A stretch of DNA of 64,000 nt from Thalia democratica (Eukaryota), in NCBI GenBank assembly GCA_965202585.1, contig OZ241827.1:77810001-77874000 (forward strand), read 5' to 3'. The position numbers were made by a program, and so were the translations under genes. The notes beneath the pieces are model-generated. The model saw nothing but the letters and a program-made list of their open reading frames with translations, ran no database searches and was not told the origin of the DNA. Positions 53,101 through 64,000 of the stretch are shown piece by piece (positions within the stretch are counted from its first letter, which is position 1; each line of letters opens with the position of its first letter).

Positions 53101-54998
53101 AAGTGGATTATGAGGTGAACAAATATTTTGTGTTGACAGTCCGGGCGCAGGATCTTACAAATGATCCAATTATGAGCGACACTTCTCTCAACATACGTGT
53201 CATTGACGTCAATGACAACAAACCTACTTTTAACATCATCAACTTTCCTGTGAGTATAAACTGTTTGAATAAAAAGGTTTAAATTAAAAGCTAATGTTTT
53301 TTGTCTTTCAAATTAAAGATATTCGAAAGTCGACCATTATTTATTATTTTGTTAAAAAGTTCAAATCTGGTCATAGTTCGTGCTAAAATCGTAATTTAGA
53401 TTCAGTTTTCAAACAAGTTGTTAATTTCAGATATTTGTCAACGAAGATGTCATTGATGACGTCATAGCAACAATAACCGCTTTCGACAAGGACCAAGGCG
53501 CAGGGGGCGAGGTCAAGTACTCGTTGCTAAGCAACGAAGCGGACCAGTTGCCGTTTCAATTGGATGAGGACAGCGGTCGGCTGTCAGTGGTCGAACCGGG
53601 TCTCGACTTTGAAGCCCGCCGTTCGTACGCCTTTGAAGTAGTTGCCAGGGACAACGGAACTCCTTCCCTAGCAACGAGCGTCGACGTCGCTGTCAAAGTG
53701 AGAGACGTCAACGACTGTCGACCGCGGGTGGCGCTCAAGAGTTTGCATGACCACGTTGCGTTGCGTTGTCAAAGTGACGTCACGACAAAGTGCACTGCGA
53801 GCGTGTCGGAAGCAGAATGGAGAAACGTTTTTTCGGAGGAGGGCATAGTAACGGTAGGGGCGACGGATGATGACGTTGCCAAGGGAAACGCGGCCCCTTT
53901 TAAATTTAATCTCGACTCACAAATAGCAGGTTAAATAACTTGTTTGTTGTGTGTATACATTTATTTAGCTCAAACTTATTTATATAAGCATTTTAAAAGC
54001 GCATTTCAACTTATTTGTTAATGTAAGGTATCTCTTTTTATACATGAAACAAAATTTCTTAATAAATAAATTTAAAAAATATTAAATAAATTCATAGCTT
54101 AAACCAAGCCATCTTCTTTTAACAGGTGAATTTGTTTTTAATGGCAAAAATGTGCTGATATCAAATAACCCGTACGAAATAGAAGACATTTCATCAGATA
54201 AAGCGGCTAAAACGTTCCATTTCACCATAACTGCTACTGACAGTGGAAATCTCGAATCTTTGCCTCTTTATTTAGAAGTTGTCATTTTGAAAGAAAGCAA
54301 GTATCCACCGGTTTTGATCTCTCAAAAGATTCAAATTATGACTACTGAAGGTTTGTTCAAATATAAACTAATTTCGAATATAATAAAAGGATTTTGTTAT
54401 AACAACCAACTTGTATACACGAAAAGATATATTAATAATTTACCCAAACTTAGCTACCTTTTATAATTATTTTACTTACTTGAATATTAATTATTCGTCT
54501 TAAACTAGTTTTAGTTTTACTGTTCTGTTTCAGATTACTTCAAAGGAGGAGTGATATCTTCAAAGCTGTACGCCACCGACAAGGACCCCCACGACTTGCA
54601 GCGGCTCACCTTCAAGATCGACTCGCTCGCCGATTTCGAGTCGTTCACGGTGAACCCCCTCACCGGCAAGCTGTCGGCGACCAATGGCGTGCGAGGTCGC
54701 CACAACGTCACGGTTGGCGTCAGCGACGGCAGCAGGTACTCGACGGGCCGGGTCGCCATCGAAGTGGTGAAAATTTCAAAAGAGTCGATTCAGAGTTCGG
54801 TCCAGGTCACTTTCGAGGGGATTTCCCCAGAAGCGTACCTTTCGACGGTTCACGGAAAATTTTTGGCGGCCCTCGGCGACATTCTTCCAAGGGGTTCGAA
54901 CCCCGGTGAAAATGTGGAAGTTTTGTCCTTGAAACGCTTGAATGATTTCAATGCGCAGCTGGTGTTCAGCGTGAGGTCGCCGAAGCGTGACGGTCAGT
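38113..54998 (+). repeat. Segmental tandem duplicate of 24-16848 (offset about 38.1 kb)
   Basis: Colinear exon and intron similarity throughout. Paired ORFs have offsets of about 38.1 kb (442/38520, 5628/43756, 16401/54551). Confidence 0.95.
38826..38848. repeat. Overlapping double palindrome GTCCACAG-A-CTGTGGAC / ACTGTGG-A-CCACAGT, specific to copy B
   Basis: Perfect inverted repeats read directly. The homologous copy A intron (about 748-760) has aagtccttaattatt instead. Confidence 0.8.
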
Positions 54999-55613
54999 GT
55001 TAAATTTATATAAAACAACTATTAAATAAATTGTTTTAATTTACTCTCAATAAATTAAGCTATTTTATACTCTTGTTTCAATTTAAATTGAAGTTTAAAC
55101 CACTTTATGTTGCAAGTTTTCTTTTGAAAGTAATAACTGAACATAAACTTCTAAAATCTGTTCAAACTCATTAATATTAAGTCGCTAGAAGACTCTAAGG
55201 AAAAGAAGAATGACTTTTGTTTTTTTAATTTAAAGCACGTTTTGAGACTAAAAATATTTATTTCAAGTTTTCTGAACCCTTAATTCAAACACTATTGGCT
55301 AATTTTTCAGTTATACTTGGTCGATTTCAAAATACATTTATACTGTCAAACTATGTAGTGAGAAATAAAACATTGATATTCTTTCGGTTTGCACTTAAAC
55401 TAGTTTGACCTTTTGGTTAGTTCGTTTGTTATGCTGTAAAGTTGAACCCCTTTTGATCTTAAATAAAAACTGTCAAATTATACTTTGATTACTAAAAATA
55501 ATTTTCGAACTGCAAAATAAATTACTTGAATATTGAAACTAGTAACATCTAGTACCAAAGTGTTTAAAATCAAGATTTTAAAACAAACTAAAACTTTTAT
55601 TTGGCTTTGATAT
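54999..55613 (+). repeat. 3'-flank tail of a mostly deleted module unit (equivalent to 24133-24747 and 61319-61933)
   Basis: Near-identical to 61319-61933 at offset 6320 and ends in the same ggctttgatat|ctacctaa junction. Confidence 0.9.
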
Positions 55614-55629
55614 CTACCTAATTTTTCAG

Positions 55630-58600
55630 ATGTAGCATGGATATTGGGTCTTGCGTGAATCATTTTTGTTACAACGGCGGTAAATGCGGACTAGACATGT
55701 CTTTAGAGGGAAATTCCCCAATATGCAAGTGTAGTTCGGGTTATGCAGGGACTGATTGTCGCAAAAGGAAGGTTTGTGAAGACTTGCCGTGCAAAAATAA
55801 AGGAATTTGCCATTCACAAGCTGTTGAAAGTTTTAGGTTGTTGAAATTTAAAGTTGTTTTAGTTATTTCCTCGAATATTCAATACTTATATTAATAAAAA
55901 AAGCTTAATCTGTTTTACAGATATGAATTTAATGTTTTTATGAACTAGTTCTTTGCTCACTTTTAGCAATTAGTAGTACTTTACTTATGGGATATAAAAA
56001 CCATTAGTTTTATCATTATCACAGATGCGAATGTAAAGAAGGTTTTGGAGGAGAATTTTGTGACGTCATATGCAAGGAGGGGTTCACCGGAGTGAATTGT
56101 GACGTCATAATAAATAAATGTTTCAGTTACGATGAAAATTTTGCTTGCAACTGCTCTTTATCAAATGAAGGTAAGCTTTTTTACTATGGATATTTGCTTT
56201 GGATGTAGTAATATGTAACTACAAGCAACAAACTAATTTTGACTGCAAACATATTCTAAAATTTTTAATATGTAAAAAATTTGCTGCGAATAAACGTAAA
56301 ATTTGAAGTTTTCATGAGAAATGCTTTAGACACTTTTTTTTCATAATATGTAAAGTTTATTCAAAAAAAACTCTATGTTATCTTTTTAAGACGTTATTTA
56401 CTAATATTAAACATATATGCTTTTAAAAGCTTAAGACTTTAAAATTCAACAGCAGTATTATAATCAACTACCATAGTATAATTTGTTTAATATGGATTCT
56501 TAAAGACGACTTTATCACTTGTTTATTAAAACTAATCCTAATGTTTAAATAGGGATGTATTTTTGTCACGCAATATTTCTTTTTTTTTTATGTCACGCAA
56601 AAACTTATTAAATCTACTATTTATTTAAAAGTGATAATAACAACGTAATAAAATACTATTTATTAACTGTATGTGTAAAAAAATTATAAAAAAGTAGCAT
56701 AAAAAGTACGTAGTTGAACTTGGAAAATTCATAGAAAAAAAAGCTTAAACAATTGTAATAGTACAAAATAGCTTATAAGTTCCAAGTTTAAAAATTTTAG
56801 CTGAAAATTCAAATCAACAAAATAATAATGATGCTAACAGGTTGCAAAACTATCCTAGAAAATCAGACCAACGCGAAGAAATCATCATTTCCTTATTTAA
56901 TCCTCATAATTGTCATTTTAATTGTCATAATCGTTGCCACCATAGCAACTGCAGTCGGCTGCTACGTAAGAAGAAGGCGAGGAAAAAAGATGCGAACCGG
57001 AAGTACTATTTCCACTAAAGAAAAGTTTTATTTGACACAACTGAAACACAGAGAAGGTTTGAATGGCTTACATTAATTAATTTTCAAATTTAATTTTATA
57101 TAAGTCTTTGAAGTTTAATTCATTAAAAGCAAAATATTAACGATCTATAAAATGACTTATTTCATAGATCACTCGTCAGATGGAAACCAGTCGATTCCAA
57201 AGCCACCGATTCCTGCAAGACCGGTTGATTATCAGAGATGTTCAAGAGAAATTATTGACAGCATGGTTGAACAAGTAAATATAATTATTGTTATATATTC
57301 AGTTCTTAGTTTACAGTTTGCATACTTCTAATTACTACAATTTAACTATTTAATTATCTGCTTTTAAAAAATTTTCAGTTGAAAACCAAAAATGAAATCA
57401 ACAATTTATCATTAAAAAAATTAACTACATGTTTTAAAATAATTTTCCAGGAGCTAAAGAACAGGAAACAGTCAAATGACGTATTCGACAAAAGTATGAC
57501 GTCATTCCAGGACAATGAAAAATTGACGTCATACCAGGATAATGGAAAGCTGACGTCATTGGCTTCCGATTCAACTTCGTTTCAGAAAATTCCCATGTCT
57601 TGGACTGACTATGAGCACAATCATGTAAGTAGTATAATAAATAACACCAAAAATATTAGCTCAATTTGAAGTTGTTATTTCTGTTAATTAATTATTATAG
57701 TTCACACCTGTAAACTGACACAATGGTTATTATATTATTTTAACTAGAATAAAAAAAAAATACAATGTTTATATTTATAAGTATGATTAAATAAAATTTT
57801 AAGTTATTGTAAGCTTTCACTGACTGTTCATTAAAACTATAATAACTTTTTTAAGTAGATATTTAATTTCGTTTAAACAAAATGCTTCAACTAATTTTTA
57901 AACCATCACAGTTCAGCGGAAGTATATCTGGTTGTTCGTCTTACAGCAAAAGAACTCCGATCCCATCTGCGAAATCACCGAAACTGTTCACCAGGATTCC
58001 CAGACTCCAGCAGCAGTCAGTTCACAAAGTAGCAAGCAAGCAGTCCATTGCAGAACAGCGTAAGTTTTATAACAGTAATCGAGTGGTAGTCAGGCTTAGA
58101 CTGATTCTTTATTAACTTTTTCAGTGGACTTTCTTGTTTTATATATTATTTTAATACACTTTTCTCTGTATTTTTAGCAGTGTTTTAGACTCTAATAATA
58201 ATAATATGATTTTTTCGGAAAACATTTTAAAAAATCCAATAGTTTTTTTTAAAGCTTTTTTTAATTTGAAAAACATGTCAGTTCTCACTTTTTAAAATTC
58301 TTATAATGTAAAATTTTGTTTAAGACTTGATCTCTTATCATGTATAATCGTTAATAAATTAATTCAATCACAGTTCTAAAATATTAACAGTATGTTAGCT
58401 AGACGTAGATATACACTGATTTTGTTTTAATTTTTCAGTAAACCTTTATAATTTTTAGTTTTTCAAATTTTTAACATTTATTTTACTTTATTGTATCTTT
58501 TGAAGAAATTTTTGATTCGTAACGTATTTTTATTACAAGATATACTCACAAGTTTAAAAATATTTAACATCTAATTTCATTTCTAAACAAAGTTAAACAA

Positions 58601-60669
58601 ATATTAAATCTTGATTAGAACATCTTTAAAATGTAAGTTTTGTAACTTTGTTTTTTTTTTCTCACTGTTTTCTTAACTAAAATTTGTTTAACCACAGTTT
58701 TGTAATTCTAAACAGTTGGAAGAAAACCAAAAAAATTGAATTTAGCAGAATTCAACCGTAATACAGGTCTATAAATAAAAAGCTTGGTTATGGTGATTTT
58801 TGTACAAACTTAGCATGTACTCAAAAACGTGGTGTTAATCATTATAATAAAATAACTTCAACTGCTTTTTCTGAAATTATCTGAATTTTGAAAGTTACTT
58901 GTTTATGTTAACTTTCAAAATCTTTAACATGAAAGACCTGTTAAAATTACATAAAACATTGAAAAATAATTTTGATTTCATATAGTTAGGTATATCTAGT
59001 TATAAGCTTTTGCTTTATGTTTCAAAATTTAAGTATAAGTATGTCAACCATTATTATCTATCCTGTTATACTTAGTGGTTTTACATCTGTTGTACTGTTG
59101 TTTGTTTCTAAGTTTTATTTTAAAACTTTCATCTAAATAAAAAATTTCTAAGTTTACCATGGTTATTAAAAAAAAATGTGTTAATTTATCTGGCTTCAAA
59201 AATTTTAGTTTTTATTCTAAACGTATTTTTTTAAACTCAAATGATAACACTTATTTTAACTGCCTTTTATTTTTAGCATGTAAATTATTAAGTTGTGATG
59301 AATTTCATTTTTCGTTCAAAACAAAAGTTATTAATGGTTTTATTAGATTGTTATTTTGTAATTCGAAATATAACTTGTTACTTTTGTTACGAAATCTCAA
59401 AGCATGTTGATAAATCTCATAGCATGTGGTTTTTGCATGTGTATTATCATGTAACTTGCATTTATTTCAGTATGTTATATTAGGTTTTTCTATACATGTT
59501 TATTTTTTTTACAAGAAGTTGTTTTATTAATTGCATATTTTGAAAAGAAAATTAGTTTAAATAATTATTAAAAAGATTCTTAAGAACCCATTAACTTTTT
59601 AAACTCAATGATAAAATGTTAACATTTTATGTTTAACTTAAAAAGAAACTTTAAAAAAGTTGTAAAAGTTTCTAAAACTCAATTATAAAATTTGACGAAT
59701 CCTTTTAAATACTTAAATAATTTTGTTCACCAGATTACGCATGGGACGTTTCTGATTGGATTAAAAACAACTCGTCGGCGGCCAATCACGTTCCTGAACA
59801 CGTGACGTCAGTACCAGTGAGGCTGAACAACAGATCCGACGGTGTTACGTCATCAAACAATCGCGTGACGTCACATTACAACTTGGCTGGGAGAAAACCG
59901 AAAAGGAAGGGGAGAAAATGCAGCGACGCTTCCACAACAGATTCAAAACTGGTTTGTATAAATTTATAAACTTAAAAAGTTTTATAAGTATAAATATATA
60001 TATCTAGACACAAAATAGACAAGTTATTGTTGATAAAACTAAACATTTGAAGCTTTTATATAATAAGTATATAAATATTTACGTAAGTTACAAGTCAAGA
60101 TCATTAAATGACAAAGTAATTATTTATTAGTTTTGATTCGAGTATTTATTTTTTCAAACCAGATACGTCATCCGCAAGACGACGAAAGCTCCCAGTATGA
60201 CGTCAGTAGCGAGGTTACGACGGCTGCCAGGCAACCCGGGAGCTTATTACGTAGCAGCTATGACGTCACCAACCCCCGATTCGAACCTTCGAACTTCCCG
60301 CCATCCGTTTCCATGGAGCACGAGCGTTTCTCATTGGACGAAAAAATCTCTGAGGCCTCGGAGGATTTCTATGACGACACGGACGAGTACGAAATTTCCG
60401 CTCCGATGCCCACCGACATTATGACGTCACTTTTGGAGGGCGAGATGGAGGTGGACATGCCGACTCCGGCGAGGGCGCGCAAAAACAAGTTTCACCCCGA
60501 CCAGTACCTGCCCGCCGTCGTCACCATGGCAACCAGTTCCTCGTCGTCGGTCGACGGTGACGTCACTGTCCAGTTGCTTGGCAACCAGCTGCAGATGTCG
60601 TCGCTTTCCGACTTGGAAGAAGATGACGTCAACAATTCGTTGATGTTACGTCATAATGACAACGCTTGA
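55630..60669 (+). CDS. Orphan Fat EGF-TM-cytoplasmic-tail exon set; intact spliced ORF of 571 aa from ATG 55637 (expression unknown)
   Basis: Exons 55630-55836, 56025-56170, 56841-57056, 57168-57274, 57451-57624, 57912-58059, 59734-59951 and 60163-60669 are all phase-compatible. They total 1716 nt from the ATG to the TGA with no internal stop. Confidence 0.7.
58716..58766 (+). CDS. Copy of the candidate 51-nt cassette exon in module 1
   Basis: Identical to 21527-21577 with the same aacag and G|gtctat boundaries. Confidence 0.45.
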
Positions 60670-60740
60670 AAAACTTTACTTTTGAGAAACATTCCCTCTT
60701 TTCTCGTTTTCAGTGTCGAAGTATTTTTGCTGCTGCTTGA

Positions 60741-60750
60741 AATAAATAAA
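60741..60750 (+). terminator. Candidate AATAAA polyadenylation signals of module 1
   Basis: Homologous to 23556-23565. Confidence 0.45.
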
Positions 60751-61933
60751 AGTTTTAATGAAAGCAGCTTGACGGAAAGCCTTTTAATTTTTGCTGTGAT
60801 TTGAGGCTTCATTTTTTAATTACTTTATATTTAAAGCTTACATTTTGACATACAATAAATTTACCTTTTCTAAATAATTTCTCAGTTACCTTTTATAAAT
60901 AAAATAGCGTTTTTGTTACTAAGTACTTTTTTCTGTTGTTCAGTTTTTTTAATTAGTTTTTTACAGTAAAGTTACTAAGGTACTCTCTAGTTTTTTTATC
61001 ATCCTGTTAATTCAAATAAAAGTGCCTGGAAAAAAATTTCAAATATTCAAGAAGTTTGAATATGTGGGTATTTGTTAATCGAACATGAGTTTATGTTATA
61101 TGTGTATTGTGACTGTTTCAAAATTGTGATGTTAAACAAATAAACATAAATCATCTAAATAGTTTTTTATTTATACTGTAAGTCTTTTGATTTTTTTTTA
61201 GTTGTTTATATGTTTAACACTTGATAACGAATATTAAAATACCTAACTGGTTTAAGCTTATAGGCATATTTGAAAACTGCATGATTTAGGTTGAACATTA
61301 TTATAATTTTATTTCAGTGTTAAATTTTTATAAAACAACAATTAAATAAATTGTTTTAATTTACTCTCAATAAATTAAGCTATTTTATACTCTTGTTTCA
61401 ATTTAAATTGAAGTTTAAACCACTTTATGTTGCAAGTTTTCTTTTGAAAGTAATAACTGAACATAAACTTCTAAAATCTGTTCAAACTCATTAATATTAA
61501 GTCGCTAGAAGACTCTAAGGAAAAGAAGAATGACTTTTGTTTTTTTAATTTAAAGCACGTTTTGAGACTAAAAATATTTATTTCAAGTTTTCTGAACCCT
61601 TAATTCAAACACTATTGGCTAATTTTTCAGTTATACTTGGTCGATTTCAAAATACATTTATACTGTCAAACTATGTAGTGAGAAATAAAACATTGATATT
61701 CTTTCGGTTTGCACTTAAACTAGTTTGACCTTTTGGTTAGTTCGTTTGTTATGCTGTAAAGTTGAACCCCTTTTGATCTTAAATAAAAACTGTCAAATTA
61801 TACTTTGATTACTAAAAATAATTTTCGAACTGCAAAATAAATTACTTGAATATTGAAACTAGTAACATCTAGTACCAAAGTGTTTAAAATCAAGATTTTA
61901 AAACAAACTAAAACTTTTATTTGGCTTTGATAT

Positions 61934-64000
61934 CTACCTAATTTTTCAGATGTAGCATGGATATTGGGTCTTGCGTGAATCATTTTTGTTACAACGGCGG
62001 TAAATGCGGACTAGACATGTCTTTAGAGGGAAATTCCCCAATATGCAAGTGTAGTTCGGGTTATGCAGGGACTGATTGTCGCAAAAGGAAGGTTTGTGAA
62101 GACTTGCCGTGCAAAAATAAAGGAATTTGCCATTCACAAGCTGTTGAAAGTTTTAGGTTGTTGAAATTTAAAGTTGTTTTAGTTATTTCCTCGAATATTC
62201 AATACTTATATTAATAAAAAAAGCTTAATCTGTTTTACAGATATGAATTTAATGTTTTTATGAACTAGTTCTTTGCTCACTTTTAGCAATTAGTAGTACT
62301 TTACTTATGGGATATAAAAACCATTAGTTTTATCATTATCACAGATGCGAATGTAAAGAAGGTTTTGGAGGAGAATTTTGTGACGTCATATGCAAGGAGG
62401 GGTTCACCGGAGTGAATTGTGACGTCATAATAAATAAATGTTTCAGTTACGATGAAAATTTTGCTTGCAACTGCTCTTTATCAAATGAAGGTAAGCTTTT
62501 TTACTATGGATATTTGCTTTGGATGTAGTAATATGTAACTACAAGCAACAAACTAATTTTGACTGCAAACATATTCTAAAATTTTTAATATGTAAAAAAT
62601 TTGCTGCGAATAAACGTAAAATTTGAAGTTTTCATGAGAAATGCTTTAGACACTTTTTTTTCATAATATGTAAAGTTTATTCAAAAAAAACTCTATGTTA
62701 TCTTTTTAAGACGTTATTTACTAATATTAAACATATATGCTTTTAAAAGCTTAAGACTTTAAAATTCAACAGCAGTATTATAATCAACTACCATAGTATA
62801 ATTTGTTTAATATGGATTCTTAAAGACGACTTTATCACTTGTTTATTAAAACTAATCCTAATGTTTAAATAGGGATGTATTTTTGTCACGCAATATTTCT
62901 TTTTTTTTTATGTCACGCAAAAACTTATTAAATCTACTATTTATTTAAAAGTGATAATAACAACGTAATAAAATACTATTTATTAACTGTATGTGTAAAA
63001 AAATTATAAAAAAGTAGCATAAAAAGTACGTAGTTGAACTTGGAAAATTCATAGAAAAAAAAGCTTAAACAATTGTAATAGTACAAAATAGCTTATAAGT
63101 TCCAAGTTTAAAAATTTTAGCTGAAAATTCAAATCAACAAAATAATAATGATGCTAACAGGTTGCAAAACTATCCTAGAAAATCAGACCAACGCGAAGAA
63201 ATCATCATTTCCTTATTTAATCCTCATAATTGTCATTTTAATTGTCATAATCGTTGCCACCATAGCAACTGCAGTCGGCTGCTACGTAAGAAGAAGGCGA
63301 GGAAAAAAGATGCGAACCGGAAGTACTATTTCCACTAAAGAAAAGTTTTATTTGACACAACTGAAACACAGAGAAGGTTTGAATGGCTTACATTAATTAA
63401 TTTTCAAATTTAATTTTATATAAGTCTTTGAAGTTTAATTCATTAAAAGCAAAATATTAACGATCTATAAAATGACTTATTTCATAGATCACTCGTCAGA
63501 TGGAAACCAGTCGATTCCAAAGCCACCGATTCCTGCAAGACCGGTTGATTATCAGAGATGTTCAAGAGAAATTATTGACAGCATGGTTGAACAAGTAAAT
63601 ATAATTATTGTTATATATTCAGTTCTTAGTTTACAGTTTGCATACTTCTAATTACTACAATTTAACTATTTAATTATCTGCTTTTAAAAAATTTTCAGTT
63701 GAAAACCAAAAATGAAATCAACAATTTATCATTAAAAAAATTAACTACATGTTTTAAAATAATTTTCCAGGAGCTAAAGAACAGGAAACAGTCAAATGAC
63801 GTATTCGACAAAAGTATGACGTCATTCCAGGACAATGAAAAATTGACGTCATACCAGGATAATGGAAAGCTGACGTCATTGGCTTCCGATTCAACTTCGT
63901 TTCAGAAAATTCCCATGTCTTGGTCTGACTATGAGCACAATCATGTAAGTAGTATAATAAATAACACCAAAAATATTAGCTCAATTTGAAGTTGTTATTT
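61934..64000 (+). repeat. 6320-bp tandem module unit 2 (runs off window end)
   Basis: Near-identical to 55614-57680. One coding difference seen: WTD to WSD at about 63924. Confidence 0.95.
61950..63944 (+). CDS. EGF, TM and first cytoplasmic exons of module 2 (incomplete in window)
   Basis: Same exons as module 1 shifted by 6320 and all open. Confidence 0.7.

Larger units (their letters stand above)
26216..54998 (+). pseudogene. Fat-like copy B: 5'-truncated, 3'-truncated, multiply disabled tandem duplicate
   Basis: Exon-for-exon match to copy A from 38113. Lesions: TGA 38215-38217, +1 and +4 insertions about 38980-39030 (TGA 39000), 32-bp deletion about 40571, TAA 40881-40883, +10 insertion about 46525-46543 (TAG 46561), and truncation at 54998. 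I found no signal-peptide exon or early repeats between the end of copy A and 26216. Confidence 0.85.
55614..61933 (+). repeat. 6320-bp tandem module unit 1 (equivalent to copy A 18319-24747)
   Basis: ORF offsets of exactly 6320 (55637/61957, 56828/63148, 57379/63699) and identical junctions at 55612-55613 and 61932-61933. An intronic deletion of about 120 bp relative to copy A lies at about 55913. Confidence 0.95.

Noticed and set aside
24-54998. Copies A and B as two alleles mis-assembled in tandem
   Set aside because: B has several independent stops and frameshifts, decayed 5' exons and a unique deletion/array structure, which is too much for an ordinary allele. It is not formally excluded without read depth.
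1-64000. tRNA, rRNA, snRNA genes, CRISPR arrays and transposase/RT ORFs
   Set aside because: None recognised by eye. Small ncRNAs in introns cannot be excluded without covariance-model searches.

Overview
AT-rich, intron-dense animal DNA. A tunicate is my unverified guess. The window is occupied by duplicated pieces of one Fat-type giant cadherin gene (FAT1/2/3-kugelei group), all on the + strand. Copy A (24-23483) has 47 exons running from about cadherin repeat 11 through LamG, EGF, TM and cytoplasmic tail to a TGA stop; it carries two apparent 1-bp frameshifts. Copy B (about 26216-54998) is a 5'-truncated, multiply disabled tandem duplicate offset by about 38.1 kb and cut mid-exon by a 7.3-kb microhomology deletion. 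It is followed by a head-to-tail array of a 6320-bp EGF-TM-cytoplasmic-tail module: one tail fragment, one complete unit with an intact 571-codon spliced ORF, and one unit running off the window. The main unexplained signals are: about 20 exon-restricted TGACGTCA (CRE) palindromes in two reading frames, a candidate 51-nt cassette exon at the intron position I recall for the vertebrate FAT1(+12) exon, tandem WIRS-like motifs made by a 27-bp repeat, and a 5'-to-3' decay gradient in both copies. I found no RNA genes, CRISPR arrays or convincing transposons. All alignments and counts were done by eye, and vertebrate FAT1 comparisons are from memory.
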